32,000 nt of DNA from Bacillus subtilis subsp. subtilis str. 168 (GCF_000009045.1 NC_000964.3:2130001-2162000); one strand, 5' to 3'. Positions 1-9,128 are shown, numbered from the stretch's first letter. Notes: generated by a model not told the origin, from the sequence alone. Program-made: numbers and translations.

Positions 1-114
1 CTCCTATTTATCTCGATTTCAAGATATTTATTATTTTAAACCTTTATTGAAAAGGATGCAAACCATGTGTTTTGATTAAATAATTGAAAAAATCATTTTT
101 TTCTAATAATTATC

Positions 115-143
115 TTGTGATCTTTTCTTACAACTGCTATTAT
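115..143 (+). promoter_or_regulatory. putative sigma-A promoter TTGTGA-17 nt-TATTAT for the small-ORF/yodF operon
   Basis: The hexamers are read directly at 115-120 and 138-143 with a 17-nt spacer. They lie about 35 nt upstream of the AGGAGG/ATG at 177. Confidence 0.4.
116..132 (+). promoter_or_regulatory. TnrA/GlnR-type operator (TGTNA-N7-TNACA)
   Basis: TGTGA-tcttttc-TTACA matches the published TnrA box consensus exactly. From memory, yodF belongs to the TnrA regulon. Confidence 0.55.
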
Positions 144-176
144 AGTGAGCATTATCATGTTTCAGGAGGAAAGTAA

Positions 177-377
177 ATGGTTAAAAAAGCACTTATTGTT
201 ATTCTCATTCTTTTGCCATTCGTTCAGCTCGCGCTTTTGCCGCTTGTGAATCGAATAGAACCGATTATGTTCGGCCTGCCGTTTTTCCACTTTTGGCTGC
301 TGCTGTGGATTATTGTTACGCCGTTATGCTCGTTTGGCATTTATCAGATGCAAAAAAAAGATGGAGGACTTGAATAA
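177..377 (+). CDS. small two-TM membrane protein (DUF3311-like partner of a solute:sodium symporter)
   Basis: The 66-aa hydrophobic ORF has an AGGAGG SD 7 nt upstream. Its stop overlaps the yodF start (TAATG). Confidence 0.75.
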   Translation: MVKKALIVILILLPFVQLALLPLVNRIEPIMFGLPFFHFWLLLWIIVTPLCSFGIYQMQKKDGGLE

Positions 378-1867
378 TGCAAGGGAATCTGACTGCACTT
401 CTCATTACTGCTATTATTGTTTTAACCGTTGTCTGTATCGGCTTTCTCGCCGGAAGAGACAAATCCTCACGTACTTCTGTGGAAGAATGGTCTGTCGGCG
501 GCAGACGCTTCGGCGGTCTTCTCGTCTGGTTTTTAGTAGGCGCTGACCTTTATACGGCCTATACTTTCTTAGGGTTGACCAGTACTGCTTTTACAGGCGG
601 AAGTGTTGCATTTTTCGCCATTCCTTATTCTGTGTTGGCCTACTTTATCGCCTACTTCTTCTTGCCAAAACTTTGGAAAGTTGCGAAAATTCATAAATTA
701 ACAACACTCGCGGATTATGCCCGGGAACGTTTTAACAGTAAGCTTTTGGCAAGCCTCGTTGCCATCGTTGGGGTACTCATGCTTATTCCGTACATATGCC
801 TTCAGCTGAGCGGCATTCAAGACACGCTTCAGGTTGCCGGCACTGGCTATATTAACGTAAAATTCGTTGTGATCATTTCATTTATTCTTGTTGCTCTTTA
901 CACATTCTTCAGCGGGATTAAAGGGCCCACATATACAGCCATCATTAAGGACATTTTAGTATGGGTCATTATGCTGTTTATGGTGGTGTCCCTCCCTCTC
1001 ATTCATTTTAACGGCTGGACGCCAATGATTGACACGTTAGTGAAGGAAGCGCCGCAAATGCTGACGATACCGTCAGAAGGGCCAAAAGGCATTCCTTGGT
1101 TTATCACAGCATCTATTGTTTCCGCTCTGGCACTTTTTATGTGGGCACATGCCGCTACAGGTGTTTTCACGGCGAAAAGCGCTGATGCAGTAAGAAAAAA
1201 CAGCATGTTTTTGCCGCTTTATAATATCGTGTTAATTTTGGTTATTTTTCTTGGCTTTATCGCCTTTCTTGTTCTGCCGGAAGATACAAATCCAAGGCTG
1301 GCGCTGCTGCATTTGATTCAAACATCTTACGGCGGCGTGGCACAAGGCTTTGCATATGCCACTATCGCTCTTGCTTCATTAATACCTTGTTCCATTATGG
1401 CAATCGGCGCATCGAATTTATTCGCCAACAACCTATACCGGGATTTGATTCATCCGAATGTGTCGCAAAGCAAGCTGACTCTTGTCACACGTTCAATGGT
1501 GTTTGTTGTCATCGGTCTTGCGCTGCTGTTTGGAATGCTGTTCCCGACTGCCTTAGTGACACTTCAGCTATTAGGTGTATCCGGTATGGTGCAAATCTTC
1601 CCTGCGATTGCTGTCAGCCTGTTCTGGAAAAACCAAACGAAAGAAGCAACGGTTATCGGATTATTAGCCGGCCTAGCGGTAACGTTTATTGTGTATATCA
1701 CTCAATCCGCACATGGCATTTATGAAGGATTCTGGGGATTGGCCGCCAACATGATCGCTGTGGTCATCCTGAATCCGCTGTTCGTTAAAAACGCGGGATC
1801 CAATCCTGTCATTGAAGGTTTATTTGGCAAAAAACAAGACGCTAATCCAAATCAAAAGGGCGCATAA
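377..1867 (+). CDS. yodF: sodium:solute symporter family permease YodF
   Basis: The 496-aa polytopic membrane ORF has a GGAGGA SD. Its length and sequence match my memory of B. subtilis YodF. Confidence 0.9.
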   Translation: MQGNLTALLITAIIVLTVVCIGFLAGRDKSSRTSVEEWSVGGRRFGGLLVWFLVGADLYTAYTFLGLTSTAFTGGSVAFFAIPYSVLAYFIAYFFLPKLWKVAKIHKLTTLADYARERFNSKLLASLVAIVGVLMLIPYICLQLSGIQDTLQVAGTGYINVKFVVIISFILVALYTFFSGIKGPTYTAIIKDILVWVIMLFMVVSLPLIHFNGWTPMIDTLVKEAPQMLTIPSEGPKGIPWFITASIVSALALFMWAHAATGVFTAKSADAVRKNSMFLPLYNIVLILVIFLGFIAFLVLPEDTNPRLALLHLIQTSYGGVAQGFAYATIALASLIPCSIMAIGASNLFANNLYRDLIHPNVSQSKLTLVTRSMVFVVIGLALLFGMLFPTALVTLQLLGVSGMVQIFPAIAVSLFWKNQTKEATVIGLLAGLAVTFIVYITQSAHGIYEGFWGLAANMIAVVILNPLFVKNAGSNPVIEGLFGKKQDANPNQKGA

Positions 1868-1903
1868 AAAAACCATACGCGGCAGCCGCGTATGGTTTTT
1901 TTT
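1866..1903. terminator. bidirectional rho-independent terminator between yodF and ctpA
   Basis: Stem ccatacgcgg/ccgcgtatgg has a 3-nt loop and is flanked by an A-run and a T-run. Confidence 0.85.
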
Positions 1904-3302
1904 ACATTTCTTTTTTCAGTGTTTCAATTGCCTTTTCCATTTGCGTATCATTATCAGACAGCTTCTTTTGAAGTTCTATCATTAATTTCGTTGTTGTATC
2001 GCCAGTCAGTATGCCTGTTTCATTCAGCTTCTCTTTTTTCTGGAACTGTTTGACGACAGATACAAAATCCTGGTCATACATACTGTTAACCTTTACCTTG
2101 TAACCAAGTGCTTTGAGCATTTTCTGAGCCACTTTGACGTTTGTGCCTGTATCACCTGATTTGTACGTTTTATCTGCGTCCAAATACGGCAGCTTCGCGT
2201 AATCAGGCAGCTCTGCTTTCACTTGAGGCTTGATGCCTTTTTTGTGAATCCATTCGCCATCAGCAGTCAGCCATTTGGCAACTGTCAGTTTGACGGTAGA
2301 GCCATCATCATATTCTTTTGCCGTTTGTACTGTACCTTTGCCGAATGTCGTCTCGCCGATTAACGGTACGTTTGACGATTCATGAAGGGCAGCGGCCATA
2401 ATTTCGGCTGCGCTTGCTGTACCGTCATTTACTAAAACGACGGTCGGCTTGGTCACTTTCCGTTCTTTTTCGGCCTTCATGACTTCTTTTGAACCGTTTT
2501 TGTATTCAACCTGCATGATGTTTTTCCCTTTATCAATGAACAGGTTGCTCATCGTAATCGCCTGTTCCATTAAGCCGCCCGGGTTGCCTCTCAAGTCTAA
2601 AATATAGCCTTTGGCGCCTTTTTTCTCTAAACTGTCAATCGCATCTGTCAGCTCTTTAGCTGTTGTTTCAGAGAAAGAAGTGATTTGAATTTCTCCGATG
2701 TTGTTGTCTTTCATCTCTGAATAGACAGTCTCTACAGGAATGGTATCGCGCTTAATGGAAAGATCGATATTCCCCACTCCCGCTCTGTTCAGTTCAAGCT
2801 TCACCTTTGTGCCCTTTTTGCCTCGGATTAAAGCGACGGCTTCATTTACATTCATGCCTTTTACGCTTTTTCCATTTACCTTAATGATTTGGTCCCTCGG
2901 TTTGATACCGGCTTTTTCAGCAGGTGAACCTTTAATTGGGGATACAATAAGGATTTCTCCGTCTTTCTCCTCTACTTGGGCTCCGATTCCTTCAAAAGAT
3001 GCTGAAATCGTCTCGTCGAATGATTTCGCTTGCTCTTGATCCATATATGTAGAATACGGATCATCCAGTGATTGAATCATTCCTTTAATTGCTCCGTCTA
3101 CTAATTTGTCATCATCTGTTTTTTGGTAATAATCACTTTTGATTTGCTCATACGCTTTATTTAATTTGTCGAACTTGCTGTCTCCTGTGCTTGCTGATTT
3201 TTGGCCCAGGATACTGGAATTGCCCGTAATAAATAAAGTAAGCGCCGAAGCGACAACTGCAGTGATCAGCACAATAAAAAACAGTTTTAATTGCCGTTTC
3301 AA
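1902..3302 (-). CDS. ctpA: carboxy-terminal processing protease CtpA (S41 peptidase with PDZ and C-terminal PG-binding domain)
   Basis: The 466-aa ORF has an N-terminal TM segment, a PDZ-like region, an S41 core and a PG_binding_1-like tail. It starts at TTG behind a GGTGGTG SD. Confidence 0.9.
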   Translation of the reverse strand: MKRQLKLFFIVLITAVVASALTLFITGNSSILGQKSASTGDSKFDKLNKAYEQIKSDYYQKTDDDKLVDGAIKGMIQSLDDPYSTYMDQEQAKSFDETISASFEGIGAQVEEKDGEILIVSPIKGSPAEKAGIKPRDQIIKVNGKSVKGMNVNEAVALIRGKKGTKVKLELNRAGVGNIDLSIKRDTIPVETVYSEMKDNNIGEIQITSFSETTAKELTDAIDSLEKKGAKGYILDLRGNPGGLMEQAITMSNLFIDKGKNIMQVEYKNGSKEVMKAEKERKVTKPTVVLVNDGTASAAEIMAAALHESSNVPLIGETTFGKGTVQTAKEYDDGSTVKLTVAKWLTADGEWIHKKGIKPQVKAELPDYAKLPYLDADKTYKSGDTGTNVKVAQKMLKALGYKVKVNSMYDQDFVSVVKQFQKKEKLNETGILTGDTTTKLMIELQKKLSDNDTQMEKAIETLKKEM

Positions 3303-3454
3303 TTAAACACCACCTTTTTCTTCTTACATTATTATCATGGACGAATTCTTATTCGTCAACTCGGAGCAGAAATGAAAGAGAAACGCCCTTCTTTTGCTTT
3401 TCATAAACCTATGTCTTTATACGACATATGATAAGGAAAAAGGAGGATTCGATA

Positions 3455-4156
3455 TTGAGCCGATATTTAGAAATGCTGTCCTTATTCGGTGTCGCAGGGG
3501 CGCACCCAGGCGGGCTGGCTTTTTCAAAAGCGGTCTTGCAAAAGGCTGCACCCTCTCCGGATCAGCCGATTCTTGATGCCGGATGCGGAACAGGGCAAAC
3601 GGCGGCTTATTTAGGACATTTGCTGTATCCTGTAACAGTCGTTGATAAAGATCCTATTATGCTTGAGAAAGCGAAAAAAAGATTTGCGAATGAAGGGCTT
3701 GCCATCCCTGCATATCAGGCGGAGCTGGAACATCTCCCGTTTTCTTCTGAGTCCTTTTCCTGCGTCCTGTCAGAATCGGTCCTCAGTTTTTCACGCCTGA
3801 CATCCTCTCTTCAAGAAATTTCAAGAGTTTTAAAACCCAGCGGGATGCTGATTGGTATCGAAGCTGCTTTAAAAAAACCAATGCCCCCTGCAGAAAAGAA
3901 GCAAATGATGGATTTTTACGGATTTACTTGCTTACATGAAGAAAGCGAATGGCATAAACTCCTAAGATCCTATGGCTTTCAAAAAACAGAAGCGATGTCA
4001 CTTCTTCCGGAAGACATGGAATTTGAACCAACCACAGAAATGGATTTATCGCAAACGATTGATCCCATCTATTACGATACGCTTCAAACACATTATCAGC
4101 TCATGCAGTTATATAGTGAGTACATGGGTCATTGTATTTTTATCGCGTACAAGTAA
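3455..4156 (+). CDS. yodH: SAM-dependent methyltransferase YodH
   Basis: The ILDAGCGTG motif is present. The TTG at 3455 lies 8 nt after AAAGGAGGA and gives 233 aa. The ORF-track ATG at 3428 has no SD. Confidence 0.8.
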   Translation: MSRYLEMLSLFGVAGAHPGGLAFSKAVLQKAAPSPDQPILDAGCGTGQTAAYLGHLLYPVTVVDKDPIMLEKAKKRFANEGLAIPAYQAELEHLPFSSESFSCVLSESVLSFSRLTSSLQEISRVLKPSGMLIGIEAALKKPMPPAEKKQMMDFYGFTCLHEESEWHKLLRSYGFQKTEAMSLLPEDMEFEPTTEMDLSQTIDPIYYDTLQTHYQLMQLYSEYMGHCIFIAYK

Positions 4157-4243
4157 AACGGCGTATCGCCCCCTGTTTTCGTCCAACCTTTTTTTCCTAT
4201 CTATCATATGCTGATAGAAAGTCAGGATAGGAGGGGAACAATA

Positions 4244-4495
4244 TTGGAGAGATATTATCATCTTTGCAAAAACCATCAAGGTAAAGTCGTCAGAATTACA
4301 GAGAGAGGCGGGAGAGTTCACGTCGGCAGAATTACCCGTGTAACAAGAGACAGAGTTTTTATAGCTCCGGTCGGCGGAGGGCCAAGAGGTTTCGGTTACG
4401 GATATTGGGGCGGTTATTGGGGATATGGAGCGGCTTACGGGATTTCCCTCGGTTTAATTGCAGGAGTGGCTCTGGCTGGTTTATTCTTCTGGTAA
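4244..4495 (+). CDS. yodI: small Gly/Tyr-rich protein with C-terminal TM segment (YodI)
   Basis: The TTG at 4244 follows a GGAGGGGA SD and gives 83 aa. The C-terminus reads GFGYGYWGGYWGYGAAYG followed by a hydrophobic tail. Confidence 0.75.
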   Translation: MERYYHLCKNHQGKVVRITERGGRVHVGRITRVTRDRVFIAPVGGGPRGFGYGYWGGYWGYGAAYGISLGLIAGVALAGLFFW

Positions 4496-4530
4496 GCATA
4501 GAACAAATGCTAGATTCACCAGACACAATG

Positions 4531-4559
4531 AAGCCCGCTTATCTAGTGTAAGCGGGCTT
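4531..4559. terminator. bidirectional terminator between yodI and yodJ
   Basis: Stem aagcccgctta/taagcgggctt has a 7-nt loop and T-rich flanks. Confidence 0.8.
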
Positions 4560-4565
4560 TTCATT

Positions 4566-5387
4566 TTAAATTTTCTTCACTTTTTCAAAGTACTCTTCAA
4601 GCGTTAAATCATTATCTTGGATGACCTTTGCGGCTTTTTTGCCTACATAGCGCAGATGCCATGGCTCATATTCATATTTCGTGATATCTTCTTTATTTTT
4701 CGGATAGCGAATAATAAAGCCATATTTATAAGCATTGTCCTGCACCCATTTCCCGTCTGCCGTGCTTCCGAACGCTTCATTTAGCTCAAAGCCATTGCTC
4801 CGGCTCGAAATGTCCATCGCAAGGCCTGTTTGATGCTCGCTTTCACCCGGGTAAGCGACCGCTTCCTTTGCCTTCCTTTCCCCTTTTAGGCTTACTTCAT
4901 TGTCAAAAATGACTTTCTGTCTGTCATACGAACGGTACCCTGAGACAGCTGCCAGTTCATAGCCTTCCTTTTTGGCAGCATCGAACATTGTTTTTAATGC
5001 GTCGGCCGCTTCTTTTCTGATGTAACGTTTTTGAATCTTTTCTTCAAAAGAAAACTCTACATCAGGTATGACAAGATCGCTAGGTTCATAGTTTCCGGGC
5101 AGTGCATATTGTTTATTGACAAGCGCGAGTATATTTTCTGGATTTTGAATGGTTTCCAGACCATCGACTTTTTTAATATCATTGAAATACTGGCTTTCCA
5201 ATGAAAACTCACTGTTTTGAGTGTTTGATTTTTTGCTGTCAGCTGTTTTTTGTTCTGTTTGCTTTGTTTCTGCTGTGGTTTTCGTATCCTTTTGAGCATC
5301 TCCGTTCGACATGCTGCAGCCGGCTCCGACTATTGCCGTTACACTCAGAGCGGCAGCCAGTGAGAACCATTTACCGGACTTTTTCAT
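4566..5387 (-). CDS. yodJ: LD-carboxypeptidase lipoprotein (VanY family), YodJ/LdcB
   Basis: The 273-aa ORF has a lipobox (VGAGC) and the VanY motifs SEHQTGLAMD and EPWHLRY. A GGAAGG SD precedes it. Confidence 0.9.
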   Translation of the reverse strand: MKKSGKWFSLAAALSVTAIVGAGCSMSNGDAQKDTKTTAETKQTEQKTADSKKSNTQNSEFSLESQYFNDIKKVDGLETIQNPENILALVNKQYALPGNYEPSDLVIPDVEFSFEEKIQKRYIRKEAADALKTMFDAAKKEGYELAAVSGYRSYDRQKVIFDNEVSLKGERKAKEAVAYPGESEHQTGLAMDISSRSNGFELNEAFGSTADGKWVQDNAYKYGFIIRYPKNKEDITKYEYEPWHLRYVGKKAAKVIQDNDLTLEEYFEKVKKI

Positions 5388-5469
5388 ATTACATTACCTT
5401 CCTTTTATCAATCGTTTCCGCATGCATAAAGAAGAGGCTGCCGGCACCCAGCACGCCTCTTGATATATT

Positions 5470-6171
5470 TTATTGTGATACGGAATGTAAAGCCACTTCT
5501 ATCATATCATGAAATGTCGTTTGACGCTCTTCCGCTGTCGTTTCTTCTCCTGTTAATACGTGATCACTCACGGTGAGAATTGACAGGGCTTTTCTTCCGT
5601 GCTTCGCTGCTAATGTATACAATGCAGTTGTTTCCATTTCAACGCCAAGCACACCGTATTTTGCAAGTTTTTCAATTTGCGAATCGTCATTGTAGAACTG
5701 GTCAGCTGTAAATACGCTTCCTACAGTCACCGGCACACCTTTATCCTTTGCGGCATCATAGGCATTTTTTAAAAGCTCGAAATCTGCGCAAGGCGCAAAA
5801 TCAACGCTTCCGAAAGCAACTCTGTTCATTTGTGAATCAGTTGAGGAGGTCATCGCCAAAATGACGTCTCGCACTTTGACATCTTTACGAATAGCGCCGC
5901 AGGAACCGACTCTTATTAGATTTTGCACATCGTAGCTTTGAATTAATTCATTCACATAAATTGAAATAGACGGAACTCCCATTCCCGTGCCTTGTACTGA
6001 GATTTTTTTACCTTTATATGTACCCGTAAATCCATACATGCCTCTGACTTCATTGTAGCATTCTACATTTTCAAGATACGTTTCTGCAATAAATTTTGCT
6101 CTGAGAGGATCTCCCGGCAAAAGCACAGTATCCGCAATTTGTCCTTTTTCAGCACCTATATGTACACTCAT
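5470..6171 (-). CDS. deoD: purine nucleoside phosphorylase, DeoD type
   Basis: The 233-aa ORF has a typical hexameric PNP sequence ([13 protein letters not shown]... [10 protein letters not shown]...) and an AGGAGG SD. Confidence 0.95.
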   Translation of the reverse strand: MSVHIGAEKGQIADTVLLPGDPLRAKFIAETYLENVECYNEVRGMYGFTGTYKGKKISVQGTGMGVPSISIYVNELIQSYDVQNLIRVGSCGAIRKDVKVRDVILAMTSSTDSQMNRVAFGSVDFAPCADFELLKNAYDAAKDKGVPVTVGSVFTADQFYNDDSQIEKLAKYGVLGVEMETTALYTLAAKHGRKALSILTVSDHVLTGEETTAEERQTTFHDMIEVALHSVSQ

Positions 6172-6372
6172 CTCATATCCTCCTGTAAATCTAAATTATC
6201 ATCCAGCCCGTCCATTTTACAACGAATGTCATGATGAAACAAACTTCAGCATTGATTATAAAGGAATATATCGAAAAAAGAAATGTTCGAGGATCTGTTA
6301 GGCACTTCCTCAGAAAAACGGATAATCGGGGTGTTAATTTGAAAACCTAACCGCAGGAAGGAGGGGTGGGAC

Positions 6373-6498
6373 ATGGGTAAAAAACATCGTAACCGGATCA
6401 CCGGCCAAAAAAAGAACAATCATATACCTGAAAAAGATATCATTGCAGCTGAAGAAGCACACGGGAAAGAATATTCCGCTGCCAAACGCAAGCCTTAA
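6373..6498 (+). CDS. 41-aa highly basic small protein (MGKKHRNRITGQKKNNHIPEKDIIAAEEAHGKEYSAAKRKP)
   Basis: This ORF is not in the ORF track because it is under 60 aa. The SD GGAAGGAGGGGTGGG is followed by an ATG, and a terminator follows immediately. Confidence 0.6.
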   Translation: MGKKHRNRITGQKKNNHIPEKDIIAAEEAHGKEYSAAKRKP

Positions 6499-6506
6499 AA
6501 CTGCAG

Positions 6507-6535
6507 AAAACTGCGGGTTTCCGCAGTTTTCTTTT
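6507..6535. terminator. bidirectional terminator (small ORF / yodL)
   Basis: Stem ctgcgg-gttt-ccgcag is flanked by AAAA and TTTT. Confidence 0.8.
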
Positions 6536-6537
6536 CA

Positions 6538-6852
6538 TTATGTCGTTTGTACAATCAGACGATTGATTTTCCTCCAGCCGGCGGGAAGCAGTTGATAATA
6601 TGTTTTCCCTTTTCTGCCTTCATCAATCAGGATCACGTCCCCTGTGGCCATGAATCTTGCATCATAATCACTCGGAACAGTGTCGAATACATTAAACAAA
6701 GAGAATGCTCTTTTCAGCACGTCTTGATGATCGCTCCCGTTCAGTTCAGTTCGATAGACGGCTCTGTAGCCCTTTTTTTCGCCAAACCGGGGTGTCTGAA
6801 ATATTGTCACGTCATAGGAACAAGACTTCTTTTTAAACACGGATAACATCAT
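6538..6852 (-). CDS. yodL: YodL (cell-shape-modifying, MreB-targeting protein)
   Basis: The ORF is 104-105 aa behind a GGGAGGGGA SD. The start is ambiguous among TTG 6855, ATG 6852 and ATG 6849. Confidence 0.75.
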   Translation of the reverse strand: MMLSVFKKKSCSYDVTIFQTPRFGEKKGYRAVYRTELNGSDHQDVLKRAFSLFNVFDTVPSDYDARFMATGDVILIDEGRKGKTYYQLLPAGWRKINRLIVQTT

Positions 6853-6912
6853 CAAGATCCCCTCCCTTTTATTTCTTTAACATATTGGCGTTTTTGCTGT
6901 GTTTTCCTCTCT

Positions 6913-7524
6913 CTATTTTTGTCGAAACCGCTTAATCTTTTCGTCAAAACCTTTTACTAGGAAAAACAGAAGCAAGCCGAGGCTAAAGCCTCCTAACACG
7001 TCTGTCACAAAATGAACCCCCAGATACACTCTGCTTATGCCGACTAAAACAGCAATTACACCGGCTATGATATATACCATTTTTTTATGCTTAGACAAAA
7101 ACGGGAGATGTTTCACTAAAAAGTAAGCAATAACAGGATAGACACAAGCAGCATTCATGGAATGGCCGCTCGGAAAACTGAAGGATGATTCATGAACCAG
7201 CGGTGCAAAATCAGGCCTCACTCTTTCGATCCATTCTTTTAAGACTTTGTTTAACAGCCGATCTGTGCCGAATACTAAGAGCATCAACAGGCCGTCCCAT
7301 GTTTTTCTGTAGAAAAACATGCCTGCTCCAATGATGACAATTAGAGGGAGCAGAAAAGAAGAAGCACCAAGATGCGTGATCCCCGTCATGACTTCATTAA
7401 GCCATGGCTGACGGATCAAAACAGCTGCCTTGCTTATTGCTTCATCTGCAGATTGAACAGCATTTGTATGAATGGCCGCAGCTAGAATTAAAAAGAAAAG
7501 AAACAAACTAACGGGCTTGTACAA
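6913..7524 (-). CDS. yodM: PAP2-family phosphatidylglycerophosphate/lipid phosphatase YodM
   Basis: The PAP2 motifs KEWIERVRP, PSGH and SRVYLGVHFVTD are present. The TTG at 7524 lies 6 nt after GAGGTGG and gives 203 aa. Confidence 0.85.
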   Translation of the reverse strand: MYKPVSLFLFFLILAAAIHTNAVQSADEAISKAAVLIRQPWLNEVMTGITHLGASSFLLPLIVIIGAGMFFYRKTWDGLLMLLVFGTDRLLNKVLKEWIERVRPDFAPLVHESSFSFPSGHSMNAACVYPVIAYFLVKHLPFLSKHKKMVYIIAGVIAVLVGISRVYLGVHFVTDVLGGFSLGLLLFFLVKGFDEKIKRFRQK

Positions 7525-7570
7525 TTTTAACCACCTCAATTTTCACAGAAGTCATAGAACATGAATAATA

Positions 7571-7595
7571 AAACCGGAGCTGACCGCTCCGGTTT
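7571..7595 (-). terminator. terminator downstream of yozD
   Basis: Stem aaaccggagc/gctccggttt has a 5-nt loop. Confidence 0.7.
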
Positions 7596-7601
7596 TAAGC
7601 C

Positions 7602-7778
7602 TCACTCATCTTCATCCAGCTCTTCATCTATCATACATTTTTCTATCAAATAATCAAAGGTAATATCAGCGATTTCAAACAGCTCATCCTCACTCGGTAT
7701 GTAGCCCCGTCTTGCAAGCTCTCTGTAAAAAAATTCAGCGATTTCTTCCGTATCAATCACAAGATCTATTTCTTTCAT
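7602..7778 (-). CDS. yozD: 58-aa acidic protein YozD
   Basis: This ORF is not in the track. It reads MKEIDLVIDTEEIAEFFYRELARRGYIPSEDELFEIADITFDYLIEKCMIDEELDEDE behind a GGAGGCGG SD. Confidence 0.7.
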   Translation of the reverse strand: MKEIDLVIDTEEIAEFFYRELARRGYIPSEDELFEIADITFDYLIEKCMIDEELDEDE

Positions 7779-7896
7779 CTCCGTACCGCCTCCTTTTTTA
7801 TGTTTTATGAAAAAACAGGCTGAATTATACCCGGTGTTCTAAACAATTCTTTCAGTCATATATTGAATAAAAAACGAGCCATGGGAGGCTGACGCT

Positions 7897-8040
7897 ATGA
7901 TTGCTAAAATGATGGAAGCACTGGACGGAGAAAGATTTGATATCATAATGGAAAAAACGCTCAAAGGAATGACGCGTGTGATGATTTGGGGCTGTCTGCC
8001 ATATTTTTTATATGTCTTGATCCGTATGTTCACAAATTAA
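7897..8040 (+). CDS. 47-aa small protein with C-terminal TM segment (MIAKMMEALDGERFDIIMEKTLKGMTRVMIWGCLPYFLYVLIRMFTN)
   Basis: This ORF is not in the track. A GGGAGG SD lies 8 nt upstream of the ATG. It converges on yodN and overlaps its stop by 4 nt. Confidence 0.5.
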   Translation: MIAKMMEALDGERFDIIMEKTLKGMTRVMIWGCLPYFLYVLIRMFTN

Positions 8041-8717
8041 CTGAAATGCTCTTTTAAACTTTCCAAAACAAACATCATCATGTCTTTATATTCTTCATCC
8101 TGAAACATTTCGTACAGAATTTTGTAGTCATTATAAATATCCAGAAGCTCATCAACAATTGACACAGCAAGGATGTGAAGGGTATCTTGATCTTCATCAC
8201 CGCCTTCAAACTGAAGAAGAGCAGACGATGCGATATCTTCGCCGATCTCATGGCCAGTTTCTCCGACATAATGGACAAACAACAGCTGATGCACAAACTG
8301 GTCCATTTCATATTTTCTAAGCACCAGCGTGAGATCCTCTTCCTCCGTTTCAAGCCACTCTCCATCCTTTAAACGGGTCAGCTCATAAATGATATCTTCC
8401 CAGCCATCTTCTAAATATCTCCAAATTTCTGTTCTATGGCCGATAATGCGAAAGAGTTCTTTTCCATAATCTTTAACATAAACAACGTCCCCAATAAGGA
8501 ATTCATACTCAATATCAAGCTTCTCCATGTCGACAATGACACCCTCATAATCTTTATAAAGCTGAATAGATGATTCAAAGTATAAAACTTCGTTATGATT
8601 GACTTCATAAAGATAGTGTTTATCAATTTGGTGTACTTTTGTGATGGTGCCGACTGTTCCATACATAATGACGACTACGATATCCCCTACTTGGAATTTC
8701 GGTTTATTTTGCTTCAT
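8037..8717 (-). CDS. yodN: YodN, unknown function
   Basis: The ORF starts at the ATG at 8717, after a GAGGGGGAGA SD, and gives 226 aa. The track start further upstream has no SD. Confidence 0.75.
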   Translation of the reverse strand: MKQNKPKFQVGDIVVVIMYGTVGTITKVHQIDKHYLYEVNHNEVLYFESSIQLYKDYEGVIVDMEKLDIEYEFLIGDVVYVKDYGKELFRIIGHRTEIWRYLEDGWEDIIYELTRLKDGEWLETEEEDLTLVLRKYEMDQFVHQLLFVHYVGETGHEIGEDIASSALLQFEGGDEDQDTLHILAVSIVDELLDIYNDYKILYEMFQDEEYKDMMMFVLESLKEHFS

Positions 8718-8831
8718 GGTGTCTCCCCCTCGCCGCAACATTTCTCATACGCTATCGTATGCCGGGTGAAGCCAATTCGCATGGGCATGAAAACCAAAGG
8801 AAATATCCAATTATGGTATGGGTATGGACAT

Positions 8832-8857
8832 AAAAAAATCCGCAGTGATCTGCGGAT
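8832..8857 (-). terminator. terminator downstream of yozE
   Basis: Stem atccgcag-tgat-ctgcggat is followed by a T-run on the minus strand. Confidence 0.8.
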
Positions 8858-8867
8858 GAAACAGCTA

Positions 8868-9092
8868 TTATCTGCCGTGCACTTCAGACTCGTATTGATC
8901 CCAAGCTTCATCAAACGTCGCCATCGTGTGAAGGTAATCAGCATTCAGCTCCAAATATGAACTGATTTCATGATAATCGGTTGATGTTTTTGGAAAGCTG
9001 TGATCCTCATACGCCTGATTGGCAAATTCACTGATGCTGTCCTTCGGCTTAGGGTGTCTGTATTTCAATAAATAGTGATAAAAGGATTTCAT
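8868..9092 (-). CDS. yozE: YozE (UPF0346/DUF1250 family)
   Basis: The 74-aa ORF reads MKSFYHYLLKYRHPKPKD... behind an AGGAGGGGA SD. Confidence 0.85.
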   Translation of the reverse strand: MKSFYHYLLKYRHPKPKDSISEFANQAYEDHSFPKTSTDYHEISSYLELNADYLHTMATFDEAWDQYESEVHGR

Positions 9093-9128
9093 GGGTTTCC
9101 CCTCCTGATGTCTGTCTTTTGTTGTTCT

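Noticed and set aside
313-1725. Track ORFs 313-546 (+), 1003-1206 (-) and 1387-1725 (+)
   Set aside because: These are out-of-frame or antisense shadows inside the yodF permease. They lack SDs and their products are Arg/Cys-rich, with compositions atypical of real proteins.
2740-3039. 99-aa plus-strand ORF inside ctpA
   Set aside because: It is an antisense shadow of a well-supported protease gene and has no SD.
7839-8033. 64-aa minus-strand track ORF
   Set aside because: It has no SD. It is antisense to a 47-aa plus-strand ORF that has a well-placed GGGAGG SD.
8746-8761. Palindrome CATACG-ctat-CGTATG upstream of yodN as a sigma-E/K -10 or operator
   Set aside because: The -10-like CATACG has no acceptable -35 at the right spacing on either strand. 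A 6-bp-arm palindrome alone is weak evidence.
8078-8960. Track ORFs 8078-8365, 8175-8372, 8411-8662, 8595-8960 and 8714-8944
   Set aside because: These are alternative-frame or antisense shadows of yodN or of its promoter and terminator region. None has an SD.
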